Below, piece after piece: positions 12,210 through 24,903 of a DNA stretch of 64,000 bases. Made by a program: the position numbers and the translations under genes. Source of the DNA: Octopus sinensis (lineage: Eukaryota); the NCBI RefSeq assembly GCF_006345805.1, contig NC_043025.1:12834001-12898000 (forward strand), in the 5' to 3' direction. Each line of letters opens with the position of its first letter. The stretch's first letter is position 1. A model generated the notes under the pieces. That model searched no databases, had not been told where the DNA came from, and saw only the letters and a program-made list of their open reading frames with translations.

Positions 12210-13352
12210 ATGAGTTTGTATATATATGCGTATATATTTGGCGAAAAATGCGAGTGAAGATGTGTATGTTTTCATAGTGACGTATAAGTACGTACGTGGG
12301 TCCGCGAGCGCACATGTGAGCATATGACTAGCCGTGTTTTACTATGAAATTTTAATCTTATTTTATATAAGTAGCAGAATTATAACACAGTAATTTCCCT
12401 TTATATAACGGTATTTTTTCATAGCGTTTTTCAGATGGCCAGATAACCGAAGAGATGGGTTGTGGATTTCACTTCGGCATCTGAAACTCAGAGTTTTATC
12501 TTGACTATTGAGTAAATGTAACATATTATTTTATATATATATATATTATATATATATATATACGATGGGCTTCTTTCAGTTTCCGTCTACCAAATCCACT
12601 CACAAGGCTTTGATTGGCCCAAGATTATAGTGGAAGATACTCAACCAGTGTACCACGCAGTGAGACTGAACCCAGATCCGTGTGGATAGAGGAAGCAAAT
12701 TTCTTACCACTTGAGACCAAGTCAAAAATTACAAGTGATGTACCAGACTCTGGTACTCGGTTGGTCCTTTGTTATTATACTGACAACAGCAGGAATTGAA
12801 ACCAGAACGCAGAGGAATGCAATGAAATAGCCACACTGCAAAATATTTCGAATAATAATTTCGAATCCAGTTGTCTTTTCGAATCCAATTTGTCTTTTCA
12901 TTCTTCAGGGTGTCCACGAAATAGAATTCGTTAAGTAGTAAGGGAGGTAACTGTACACTTACCCCTGTTATTTAACTTGTAATATTTGTTGAACCTTTTA
13001 CCATTGAGACTATTCTGTCGAACGCAATACAGTAGTACCTCGGTTTTCAAACAACTCTCACCACGAAGAAATTGTGCTATATATATATATATGTGGAGGC
13101 GCAATGGCCAAGTGGTTAGGGTAGCGGACTCGCGGTTTCGATTCCCAGACCGGCGTTGTGTGTGTTTATTGAGCGAAAACACCTAAAAGCTCCGGCAGGG
13201 GGTGGTGATCCTGCTGTACTCTTTCACCACTCTTTCTTCTGTTGGCCTGCTCGCTTAGCCAGCGGGGTGGCGTCATTCGAAGGCTAAAACAATGCGAACG
13301 CATTGTGACCAGCGATGTGTAACTACATCTGATGGACTGGTCGTAAAAAAAT

Positions 13353-13387
<35 letters not shown>

Positions 13388-13705
13388 ATGAGTTTGTATA
13401 TATATGCGTATATATTTGGCGAAAAATGCGAGTGAAGATGGGTATGTTTCATAGTGACGTATAAGTACGTACGTGGGTCCGCGAGCGCACATGTGAGCAT
13501 ATGACTAGCCGTGTTTTACTATGAAATTTTAATCTTATTTTATATAAGTAGCAGAATTATAACACAGTAATTTCCCTTTATATAACGGTATTTTTTCATA
13601 GCGTTTTTCAGATGGCCAGATAACCGAAGAGATGGTGTTGTGGATTTCCACTTCGGCATCTGAAACTCAGAGTTTTATCTTGACTATTGAGTAAATGTAA
13701 CATAT
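11378..13705. repeat. ~1.18-kb near-identical tandem duplication
   Basis: Copy 2 starts at 12561; differences are mostly 1-bp indels. Confidence 0.9.
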
Positions 13706-14344
13706 TATTTTATATATATATATATATATATATGTCCTGTTATTTATATTTGTGTAACATTTCTCTGTTTTTCTTTTTTCTGTATACATTCACTGCTTTC
13801 TTCCAAGGAATGTAATGCTCTTAGCTTAGTTTTTCCTTGGGGCTGGCCAGTTTGGAGCAATCTCGAGTATAACCAACCAAAATTACAAGAAATTTTATTC
13901 AACAAAAAACACCTTTAAAGGATTATTCCGGAGCACATAGGTGCAGGAGTGGCTGTGTGGTAAGCAGCTTGCTTACGAACCACATGGTTCCAGGTTCAGT
14001 CCCACTGTGTGGCACCTTGGACAAGTGTCTTCTACTATAGCCTCGGGCCGACCAAAGCCTTGTGAATGGATTTGGTAGATGGAAACTGAAAGAAGCCTGT
14101 CGTATATATGTATATATATGTATCTGTATGTTTGTGTGTTGTGTTTGTTCCCACCCCCCAACATCGCTTGACAACCGATGCTGGTGTGTTTACGTCTCTG
14201 TAACTTAGCGGTTCGGAAAAAGAGAGCGATGGAATAAGTACTAGGCTTCCAAAGAATAAGTCCTGGGGTCGATTTCCTCGACTAAAGGCGGTGCTCCAGC
14301 ATGGCCACAGTCAAATGACTGAAAAAAGTAAAAGAGTAAATGAG

Positions 14345-14400
14345 AGCATATTCACCATCCACTTCAATTACTGCTTCCCATTTGCTTGAAAGACGGTCAG
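14345..14400 (-). pseudogene. Mariner transposase C-terminal remnant (DRLSSKWEAVIEVDGEY)
   Basis: Matches the mariner C-terminal L..RW..VI...GEY motif. Confidence 0.6.
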
Positions 14401-14531
14401 ACCGTCATTTAAAGATGTTTTTGTTAAATATTGTTATTGTTTTTGTTGAATAAAATCTGTTGCAAAAAAAAAAAGCCGCAATAATTCTGCACAAAACAAA
14501 CAGAAAACAAATGAGAAAGAGAGAATCTTAC

Positions 14532-14593
14532 CCTTGGTTGTCTAAGAAACCTTTTAAACTGGGTTGGAAGATTTCGAGGAGTCCTTTATGGAT
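14532..14593 (-). CDS. MYBBP1A: MYBBP1A exon 29 (IHKGLLEIFQPSLKGFLDNQ-G)
   Basis: CTTCAG / GTAAGA, phase 0-2; matches VYSTALSSFLTKR. Confidence 0.86.
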
Positions 14594-16062
14594 CTGAAGA
14601 AGGAAGTAGAAAGATTATAAGAACATATCATCGTTGTATGGCACACTGGTGCCATAAGGAAGAAAACGTCGTCAGGCAGGAAGTGCAAGGCAAAGTGGCG
14701 CAGTCCTGGTACTTCTGTTGGTGCCACATGTAAAGCACCAGTGCTTTTTACATGGCCCTGTTACCAGTGTTTTTACGGGACGGACCACGTCGCCGCATCG
14801 AACGCCCGCACCTCGCGACATCAGTCGCGGCTACGTCCACGTGTACGTGGGCGAGACCGCACGCTCAAGTTCGTGCTTTCGATTTCACGCACGGTAGGGC
14901 GGCGGAAACGCGGGCGACCGGCGCACGCCTTCCGCCGCTACCTCGTGCTAGCCGCAGTTTGTCATCTTTCGGGATTTTACGGGACGGACCACGTACTCCT
15001 ATCGAGCGCCGGTATCTCGTGAACGCCTTCCGACACCGGTGGCGGCTACGTCCGCGCGTACGGGGGTCATACCGCCAGCACTTTTTATCAGAACTAGCAC
15101 CAGTGCTTCTTATGTGACACCAGCACTGACAGGGTGACCAAGTACGCTGCCAGACAAAAACCGCTTAGGCTTTTTATTGTACAGCAGTAAATGTGGTCTC
15201 ACGTCAACCGACAGACAGAGTTCAAATCCTGGTCACTGCTTAGTCCATCAGTCAATCCAAATATCCAATAATACCAAGATTTTGTCTGATACTGTTTGGT
15301 TATGGAAATAAATACAGTTTCAAGACCCATTGAACACTTTACAGAGCCAAAAGAAATATTTCAATGCAGCCAGGGAATCACTAAGCACCATTCGAGCGTG
15401 ATCATTACCTGCGTCGCCTTACTGGCACGTGAACAAAACATTCAAGCGAGTTCGTTGCCAGTGCCACTGCACTGGCTCCTGTGTAGGTGGCACGTGTAAA
15501 AACACCATTTGAGCATGGCCGTTGCCAGTCCCGCCTGACTGGCCCTCGTACCAGTGGCACGTAAAAAACACCCACTACACTCTTGGGGTGGTTGGTGTTA
15601 GGAAGGGCATCCAGCTGTAGAAATTCTGCCAGATCAAGATTGGAGCCTGGTGCGGCCATCTGGTTTGCCAGTCCTCAGTCAAAATCGTCCAACCCATGCT
15701 AACATGGAAAGCGGACGTTAAATGATGATGATGATATATATATGAAGGCACATATTATATATATGTGTACCACCTGACTGGCTCCTCGTGCTGGTGGCAC
15801 GTAAAAAGCACCCACTACACTCTCGGAGTGGTTGGCGTTAGGAAGGGCATCTAGCCGTAGAAACTCTGCCAGATCAGATTGGAGCCGGGTGCAGCCTCCA
15901 TGGCTTACCAGACCTCAGTCTAATCGTCCAACCCATGCTAGCATGGAAAGCAGACGTTAAACGATGATGATGATGAACAGTAAACAATGGACATCATCAT
16001 CATAATCATCATTTAAATGCCTAGCTTGAAATTTAAAAAAAAGATATATATAAAAACTTTAC

Positions 16063-16119
16063 CTTTTTCTCAGTTTCCGGTTTTTTGCTTTGACTGTTTA
16101 TATTCAGCAACAGTTTACT
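16063..16119 (-). CDS. MYBBP1A: MYBBP1A exon 28 (SKLLLNINSQSKKPETEKK)
   Basis: CCGCAG / GTAAAG, phase 0-0. Confidence 0.8.
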
Positions 16120-17261
16120 CTGCGGGGAAGAGAAACAGAGACGAAGAGTGAGGCAGTGGTGGTCGTGGTGGGAATGAAGATGGTGGTAGTAGTAACAGTA
16201 GTGGCAGCAGTGGTGATGGTGGGAATGAAGATGGCGTTGGCAGTGATGGTAGTAGTAGTAAGGCGGCAAGCTGGCAGAAACGTTAGCACGCCGGGCGAAA
16301 TGCGTTGCCGTATTTCGTCTGCTGTTATGTTCTGAGTTCAAATTCTGCCGAGGTCGACTTTGTCTTTCATCCTTTCGGAGTCGATAAATTAAGTACCAGT
16401 TACGCACTGGGGTCGATATTATCGACTTAATCCCTTTATCTGTCCTTGTTTGTCCCCTCTGTGTTTAGCCCCTTGTGGGTAGTAAAGAAATAGGTAGTAG
16501 TAGTCGATAAATTAAGTACCAGTGATACACGGGGGCTGATGTAATCAAGGAGCCCCTGCCTCCAAATCTCAGGCCTGGTGTCCTTAGTAGAAAGGATTAT
16601 TACTATTATTCTTTTATTTGAGTCAGTCATTTGAGAGTGGCCATGCTAAAGCACCACCTTTAGACGAGTACATCACCCCCAGGACTTACTCTTTATAAGC
16701 CTAGTACTTATTCGATCAGTCTCTTACGCCAAACCGCTAAGTTACAGGGATGCAAACACACCGGCATCGGTTGTCAAGCGATGGTGCGGGGACAAACACA
16801 CACATATATATATGTATGTATGTGTGTGTGTATATATATATATATATACATATACACAATGGGTCTCTCAGTTTCCGTCTACCAAATCCACTCACAACGC
16901 TTTGGTCAGGCCGAGGCTATAGTAGAAGACACTTGCCCAAGGTGCCACGCAGTGGGACTAAACCCTGAACCATGTGGTTGGTAAGCAAGCTACTTACCAC
17001 ACAGCTACACTTGCACCTATTATTATTATGGTAGAAGACAAAATACCTTGTAGTACTGATTTCCACCTGTTTGCAATTAACACTATCTGGTCCCGTGGGT
17101 ACCTCTGGCGGATGAATCTATTCTATCAAATGCATTTGGGGAGACATATTCCTCCCTCCCCTGCCTTTCCCATTTGTCTCAGAGATTCTATAAAGGGCCA
17201 AGGGCTCATCCCTTCCCTTCTGACAAAAGGAAAAGGAGCAAAAACTAGAAGGTTTACTTAC

Positions 17262-17311
17262 CAAGAAGTAGATCCCATCAGACACGTCCACTATGAGACC
17301 AACACTGGGGG
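17262..17311 (-). CDS. MYBBP1A: MYBBP1A exon 27 (A-PSVGLIVDVSDGIYFL)
   Basis: TTTTAG / GTAAGT, phase 1-0. Confidence 0.86.
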
Positions 17312-17558
17312 CTAAAACAGAGATGGACACAAGGACAGTGAGACATTTAGAGGGCAATAACAAAGGGGACAATTTCAAAGGTATATTACAAAAAAAAAAA
17401 AAAAAAAAAAAAAAAGGGCCCAGGCATGGCTGCGTGGTAAGAATTTTACTTCCTGACCACATGGTTTCAGGTTCAGTCCCACAGCACTTTGGGCACTTTT
17501 TCTCTTCCTGAGCATTATACTAATACCTGTCTTCATCTTTTGTTTTTTCGTGAACTCT

Positions 17559-17592
<34 letters not shown>

Positions 17593-17648
17593 CGGAGATG
17601 TACTCGCATAGCAAGTGACCTGATCTGAGATCATGTGCTGAAACGAAA

Positions 17649-17916
17649 ACAATTGCAGCGTGGAAGGTGTTTGTAAGCCATTTAAGAAACACACAAAGGC
17701 CGTTCGATTCACTCCAACATTTAAGTTTAATTTGTCAAAATATTTTCGTCACTAAAATCCGCGACCTGTTCACTGATAAAAAATCCGTGCTGCATCTGAG
17801 CAGTTCGCAGTCTCAAAGCGACGAAAATATTTTGAGAAATTAAACTTAAATGTTGAAGTGAATCAAACGGTTTTTGTGTGTTTCTTAAATGGCTTATAAA
17901 CACCTTCCACGCTGCA

Positions 17917-17957
<41 letters not shown>

Positions 17958-18096
17958 TTAAGGGTAGAAATTGATATCTATCAATTAAAACCAGTGGTCT
18001 AGCATGATTTGAGAACATAATCTTTTGTGGAGAATGGCGATTTGACGTCTATATCTAGCATGTTGACTGTCCACTTTTCGTGTTCAGTCCTTAATT

Positions 18097-18147
<51 letters not shown>

Positions 18148-18314
18148 CGAGTGACTTGATCTGAGATGCAGCACGGATTCTTTGTCAGTGAACAGGTCGC
18201 GGTCTCAAAGCAACGAAAATATTTTGGCAAATTAAACTTTAAATGTTGAAGTGAATCAAACGGTTTTTGTGTGTTTCTTAAATGGCTTACAAACACCTTC
18301 CACGCTGCAATTGT
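17649..18314. mobile_element. Foldback element: ~100-bp arms (17649-17753 / 17817-17921) plus a second right arm (18208-18314)
   Basis: ACAATTGCAGCGTGGAAGG... paired with ...CCTTCCACGCTGCAATTGT, the latter present twice. Confidence 0.8.
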
Positions 18315-18439
18315 TTATATATATATATATATATGTGTGTGCACGCACATACATATACACACAACACAATAGTTCTGATCTGAGGCTAAAGAACAACAGA
18401 AACAAATAGAAGAAGCAACAAAGCGTGACAGCAACTCAC

Positions 18440-18521
18440 CTTTTCGTGAAAACTCGATCAAGTGTGTCATGAGATCCAGAAGATCCTCCTTAGTGATCTG
18501 TGAATAAGTGTCAGGAGACAC
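18440..18521 (-). CDS. MYBBP1A: MYBBP1A exon 26 (VSPDTYSQITKEDLLDLMTHLIEFSRK)
   Basis: CTCCAG / GTGAGT, phase 0-1. Confidence 0.88.
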
Positions 18522-18637
18522 CTGGAGGGAGGAGAATAAGAAGATAAATATTTGAGGAGGTGTCGTGGTAGTGATGGTGGTGGATAGGACTGTAGACAGG
18601 TTTGGGTTTGTAAGTGTATATACATATACATACATAT

Positions 18638-18868
18638 AAGGCGGCGAGCTGGCAGAATCGTTAGCACGCCGGGCGAAATGTTTAGTGGTATTTCGTCTGC
18701 TGTTACGTTCTGAGTTCAAATTTCGTTGAGGTCGACTTTGCCTTTCATCCTTTCGGGGTCGATTAAATAAGTCCCAGTTACGCACTGGGGTCGATGTAAT
18801 CGACTTAATCTGTTTGTCTATCCTTGTTTGTCCCCTCTATGTTTAGCCCCTTGTGGGCAGTAAAGAAA
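18638..18868 (+). mobile_element. tRNA-derived ~240-bp SINE family C (representative copy)
   Basis: AAGGCGGCGAGCTGGCAGAA..GAGTTCAAATT head and GCCTTTCATCCTTTCGGGGTCGA body. Copies at 3640-3870(-), 16260-16500, 39615-40032(-), 45625-46042(-), 54030-54420(-). Confidence 0.8.
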
Positions 18869-19683
18869 TATATATACATGTGTGTGTGTGTGTGTGTGTG
18901 TAGATATGTAAAGTTAAGATCCAAGGATCAAGGTGCAGGAAGTTATTGCGCTTCAAGCCATCCATAGATATAAAAAAACAACTTTCAGGAGCAATAGTGG
19001 TTTGTTGGTGATGCAGCAAGTTCTGTCCAGGTGGGGAACCTATATACCAAGGAAACTGGGAAACCGGCCCTGATGAGCCAGGCGTGGCTCAAGAAGGAAC
19101 AAACAAACAACAACTTCTGCTACTGTTCTATTTTTGCCGAACCACTAAGTTACAGGGATGTAAACAAACCAACTCCAGTTATCAAGCGATAGTGGGGGTC
19201 AAGCACAAAGATACACACATGCATATCATCATCATCATCATCATCGTATAACGTCTGCTTTCCATGCTAGCATGGGTTGGACGGTTTGACTGAGGACTGG
19301 CAAACCAGATGGCTGCACCAGGCTCCAGTCTGATCTGGCATAGTTTCTACAGCTGGATGCCCTTCCTGACGCCAACCACTCCGAGAGTGCAGTAGGTGCT
19401 TTTTACGTGTCACCGGCACAGAAGCCAGTCAGGGCGGCGCTGGCATCAGCCACGGTGCTTTTTACGTGCCACCGGCACAGGTATCACAACTACTATTTCC
19501 ATAGGTATCACAAGAACACACAATTTTTAATGCATTGCTCCAGTATGGCCATAACCCAACCCCCTGAACCAAGTAAAAGAGAATGAAAATACAGTAAAAC
19601 AAATAATCCAAACCATTTTTGAAAAAAAGGAAAGAAAACCCAGACTTATGGTATCTGAGTGAGATTTGAACCTGAGAACTGAC

Positions 19684-19794
19684 CTTGGTTTTGTACAACT
19701 GTCGATATAGACGGATGGCCTTCTCTCCAAGGGTCATTTCAATTCTGTTACGTTCACTGGAATCCCGCAGTTCCAGAAGGGGCCGAAATAAGAG
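19684..19794 (-). CDS. MYBBP1A: MYBBP1A exon 25 (LLFRPLLELRDSSERNRIEMTLGEKAIRLYRQLYKTK)
   Basis: CCACAG / GTCAGT, phase 0-0. Confidence 0.9.
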
Positions 19795-21846
19795 CTGTGG
19801 GAAGAAAAAGAGGTCACAAAATCAGGTCAGGAGGTCATGTGATTATAACTGAGATTAGGGGGGAGGAGTGTGGGTCAAAAAATAAAGGTGTGTTATAGAT
19901 GTGTGCGTGTGTATATGTACATGCCTGTGTGTGTTTATGAATGTGTATATGTCTGTGTGCATGTATGTGTGTGTGTTTGTATGTTTATGTGCATATATAT
20001 GAACAGGAGTGGCTGTGTGGCAAGTAGCTTGCTAACCAACCACATGGTCCCGGGTTCAGTCCCACTGCGTGGCATCTTGGGTAAGTGTCTTCTACTATAG
20101 CCTCGGGCCGACCAAAGCCTTGTGAGTGGATTTGGTAGACGGAAACTGAAAGAAGCCCGTCGTATATATGTATATATATATATGTGTGTGTGTGTTTGTG
20201 TGTCTGTGTTTGTCCCCCTAGCATTTGCTTGACAACCGATGCTGGTGTGCTAATGTCCCCGTTACTTAGCGCTTCGGCAAAAAGAGACCGATAAAATAAG
20301 TACTGGGCTTACAAAAGAATAAGTCCCGGGGTCGAGTTGCTCGACTAAAGGCGGTGCTCCAGCATGGCCGTAGTCAAATGACTGAAACAAGTAAAAGAAT
20401 AAAAGAATATATATGTGTGTGTGTGTGTTTGAGTGCATGTGTGTGTTAGTGCGTGTGCTTATGTGTTGTTTGTGTGTGTATGTATCTATATGTTTGTGTC
20501 TGTGTATATGTGTACTTATATATGTCTGTGTGTGTGTGTGTGCATGTGTGTATGTCCTAATGTAGCTGCATATGTGTTTGTGCGTAAATGTATGTGTCAG
20601 TAAGTGGATGTATATGTATGAGTGACTGTGTGTATCAATGTGCATGAGTATGTGTGTGTGAGAGCATAAATGTATATGTGCATATGTTTCAGTCGTGTGA
20701 CTATGGCCATGCTGGAGCAACGCCTTTGGTCGAGCAACTTATTCTTTGTAAGCCCAGTACTTATTCTATCAGCCTCTTTTGCTGAACCGCCAAGTTACAG
20801 GGACGTAAACACACCAACATCGGTTGTCAAGTGATGTTGGGAAGACAAACACAAACACACACATACACATATATACGATGGGCTTCTTTCAGTTTCCGTC
20901 TACCAAATCCACTCAAAAGGCTTTGGTCGGCCCAAGGCTATAGTAGAAGGCACTTGACCAAGGTGCCACGCAGTGGGACTGAACCCGGAACCATGTGGTT
21001 GGTAAGCAAGCTACTTACCACACAGCCACTCCTGCGCCTATACATATATACGGCAGGCTTCTTTCAGTTTCCGTCTACCAAATCCACTCACAAGGCTTTG
21101 GTCGGCCCCGAGGCTATAGTAGAAGACACTTGCCCAAGATGCTACACAGTGGGACTGAACCCAGAACCATGTGGTTGGTAAGCAAGCTACTTACCACACA
21201 GCCACTCCTACGCCTATGTGTATGTATATATATATATATGTTGATCATGAGTGTATAAAAGTTTGTGTGGAAATTTCTGATTTTGCTTAGTTATTATGGA
21301 AGTACTAAGTGCTTTTTTTTTATTACCGTATTCTATGACCCATCACAACGTTTAGATTATTGGGGGGGGGGGCGGAGAGAGACAGCCCGGAATGGAGAGA
21401 CAGAGAGACAGAAAGGGAGTGAGAGAGACGAGGAGAAAGATAGAGATGGAGAGACAGAAAAAAGAGAATGAGGGAGAGAAAGAGATGGGAGAGAAAGGAT
21501 AGAGCCAGGGGAGAGAGAGAGGGAGAGAAAAGATAGAGACAGGGGAGAGAAAGAGAGAGAGAGGGAGAGAAAGAGAGAGAGGGAGAGAAAAGATAGAGAC
21601 AGGGGAGAGAAAGAGAGAGAGAGGGAGAGAAAAGATAGAGACAGGGGAGAGAGAAAGAGAGAGAGGGAGAGAAAGAGAGAGAGAGGGAGAGAAAGAGAGA
21701 GAGAGGGAGAGAAAGAGAGAGAGGGAGAGAAAGAGAGAGAGAGGGAGAGAAAAGATAGAGACAGGGGAGAGAGAAAGAGAGAGAGAGGGAGAGAAAGAGA
21801 GAGACAGGGGAGAGAGAAAGAGAGAGAGAGGGAGAGTATTACTGAC

Positions 21847-21904
21847 CGTCACTATTTCTGCTTTGTGATTCTGTTTGATGAGAACTTCGATGAAATCGAG
21901 TAAC
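21847..21904 (-). CDS. MYBBP1A: MYBBP1A exon 24 (LLDFIEVLIKQNHKAEIVT)
   Basis: TTGCAG / GTCAGT, phase 2-0. Confidence 0.92.
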
Positions 21905-22398
21905 CTGCAAAATAGAGAATAAAATTTAGGTTAAGGTCAAAGGTCACACTCTTATACATCCTCTCATAGCACAATATATATGTATGTGTTCAGACGTGGA
22001 GGCGCAATGGCCCAGTGGTTAGGGCAGCGGACTCGCGGTCGTAGGATCGCGGTTTCGATTCCCAGACCAGGCGTTGTGAGTGTTTATTGAGCGAAAACAC
22101 CTAAAAGCTCCACGAGGCTCCGGCAGGGGATGGTGGTGATCCCTGCTGTACTCTTTCACCACAACTTTCTCTCACTCTTACTTCCTGTTTCTGTTGTACC
22201 TGTATTTCAAAGGGCCGGCCTTGTCACTCTCTGTGTCACGCCGAATATTCCCGAGAACTACGTTATGGGTACACGTGTCTGTGGAGTGCTCAGCCACTTA
22301 CACGTTAATTTCACGAGTAGACTGTTCCGTTGATTCGGATCAACCGGAACCCTCATCGTCGTAACCGACGGAGTGCTTCCAACAATGTGTTCAGACAT

Positions 22399-22431
<33 letters not shown>

Positions 22432-23262
22432 TAATAAAAACAGTCAAAAGGTTTATCTGATGTTGCTACAATTGTTTCATCAGAATTACATAATACATAA
22501 CTCCCAACTCTTCAGGCAATCACATAAAACAGGTGGACAATCACCTGTTGATTAAATAAGTACCCACCCTAAATTTGTAATGTCAACAAGGAATGCAAAC
22601 AGCCTATCAGTTTGTCCCCTCTATGTTTAGCCCCTTGTGGGCAATAAAGAAATAAGAAATGTTAGCACGCCAGGCGAAATGCTTAGCGGTTTTTAATCTG
22701 TCTTTACCTTCATCATCATCGTTTAATGTCTGCTTTCCATGCGGGCATGGGTTGGACGATTTGACTGAGGTCTGGCAAACCAGATGGCTGCACCAGGCTC
22801 CAATCTTAATCTGGCAGAGTTTCTACAGCTGGATGCCCTTCCTAACCCTAATCTGGGTTCAAATTCTGCCAAGGTCAACTTTGCCTTTGATCCTTTCATC
22901 ATCATCATCGTTTAATGTCCACTTTCCATGCTAGCATGGGTTGAACAATTTGACTGGGGTCTGGGAAGCCAGGGGCTGCACCAGGCTCCAGTCAGATCTG
23001 GCAGTGTTTCTACAGCTGGATCCCCTTCCTAACGCCAAGGATGCCCTTCCTAATGCCAAGATGCCCTTTCGGGGTCGATAAATAAAGTACCAGTTATGCA
23101 CCGGGGTCAATACAATCAACCTAATTCCTTTGTCTGTCCTTGTTTGTCCCCTCTATGTTTAGCCCCTTGTGGGAAATAAATAAATAAATAAAAAGAAAAG
23201 CAGAAGATGACAGATGAGGAAGCGAGAACAAAAGATGGAGAAGTGGTGGCTAAATCCCTTAC

Positions 23263-23408
23263 CGGATCTTCAGGGTTATCAGCTGCTGTTTCTTGTCGTT
23301 CGATGCTTTCTTGATTTCGGTTCGGTTGCGACTGCGGAATGCGGCTGCGAGCGCAGCGTCGTATTTGCTCATCTCGCTGTCACTGAGATCCGAAAGTTCT
23401 TCCTCAGA
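23263..23408 (-). CDS. MYBBP1A: MYBBP1A exon 23 (SEEELSDLSDSEMSKYDAALAAAFRSRNRTEIKKASNDKKQQLITLKI-R)
   Basis: GGACAG / GTAAGG, phase 0-2; matches DEAMMALDQSLASLF. Confidence 0.93.
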
Positions 23409-23901
23409 CTGTCCCATGGGAAAAACCAAGGATGGAGATGGAAGTGAGGAGGTGCAAGGAAAGGAGTAAAAGATGAGAATTAAAATTAGGGATAAATCTC
23501 AATCATCAGACACATCGATATTGGGACAGTCTCACACACATACACTGACACAGTCTCATACATACATACACACACATACTGACAGTCTTGCACACACACA
23601 CACACAGATACTGGCAGTCTCACACACACACATACTGATGCAGTCTTGCACACATGCATACACGCACACACACACAATGAGTCTCACACATACACATAGA
23701 TGCTAGCAGTCTCACACACACACTGACAGTCTCTCTCACACACACACACACACTGGCACAGTCTCACACACACACATACCGACACAGTCTTGCACACATG
23801 CATACACACACACACACACAAACACATACACAATGACAGTCTCACACACACACACACACACAAACACATACACCCTGACACATCCCTACACGCATACTTA
23901 C

Positions 23902-24134
23902 ATCATCCGTATTATCTGCAGCATCCCCCAGGGCATTTTTCACTTTCTGGCGGAAATCCTCATCCACCTCCATATTGGCCTCCGCTGCATTGCCATCTTT
24001 ATCCTCATCCTCCTCCTCCTCTTCCTCATCATCATCATCATCATCTTCTTCCTCTTCTTCTTCATCCTCATCGTCATCAGCACCCTTTTCAGACATCTCT
24101 ACATCCTCCTCTTCAGATTCACCTTCTTCTTCAT
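23902..24134 (-). CDS. MYBBP1A: MYBBP1A exon 22, acidic tract ([28 protein letters not shown]...[22 protein letters not shown])
   Basis: TAACAG / GTAAGT, phase 1-0; acidic domain typical of the family. Confidence 0.93.
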
Positions 24135-24848
24135 CTGTTAATTACAATTTAACAACAAAAACATCATTCACGGCTAATAAGCAATTAGTTAATTACAATT
24201 TAACGATCTCCATGTTCAGTAAACGTATAAGAAATTTTCTATTAGAACTATTAGGTGTCTTGGGAAATTTTGAACCTGGGTTCTCATTCCTAAGGTATTT
24301 TTCAATGTTATTATTATTGAGTGAGAGAGCAGTGCATGCCATCAAAGTGACCCTGGGGTAAAATATACGAAGCCCAGTTTACCCATCATGACTACCCATT
24401 TGATAAGGGTACACTAGGCACATGCATCACAACCATATGTGCGCGACATGGTGATCCCATATCAAGATAAACAGCACATGACCTTGCAGGTGGGGCCCAG
24501 TTAGAATTTTCTTCAGGTTGAGTAGCCCATCCCGCTCAAACGGTCCCTGAATAAGGGTTGTTTAAGGATGTTGAACAAACCACCCATGTCTCCAGAGATG
24601 AATTATTCAAACCCCAAAGAATCCCTCTCAACACATGGCTATGATGCTCCCCCACTACTTCTGCTCATGGTCAGAGATGCATATATCATCAGCCACTAAG
24701 GGACATGCTCAACTGGTTACGGTCAAACAACTGACAAGCAAAAATCTGTGGTATTGAGCAGAATATTTGCTGTAGCCCATCTTTTATACCAAGACAAAAC
24801 AATGTACATGATTATTATTATTATTATTATTATTATATGTCCACTTAC

Positions 24849-24903
24849 CACCAAACATAAAATCTTCATCGTTTGCCACATCAGTTGTTTTCTTCATCAG
24901 AAT
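24849..24903 (-). CDS. MYBBP1A: MYBBP1A exon 21 (ILMKKTTDVANDEDFMFG)
   Basis: AAG acceptor / GTAAGT, phase 0-1. Confidence 0.8.

Noticed and set aside
17047-17122. Candidate extra MYBBP1A exon (NRFIRQ.. or IHPPEVPTGPDSVNC..)
   Set aside because: Both readings end in phase 1 or 2, incompatible with the phase 0 flanking exons 27 and 28, which join cleanly.
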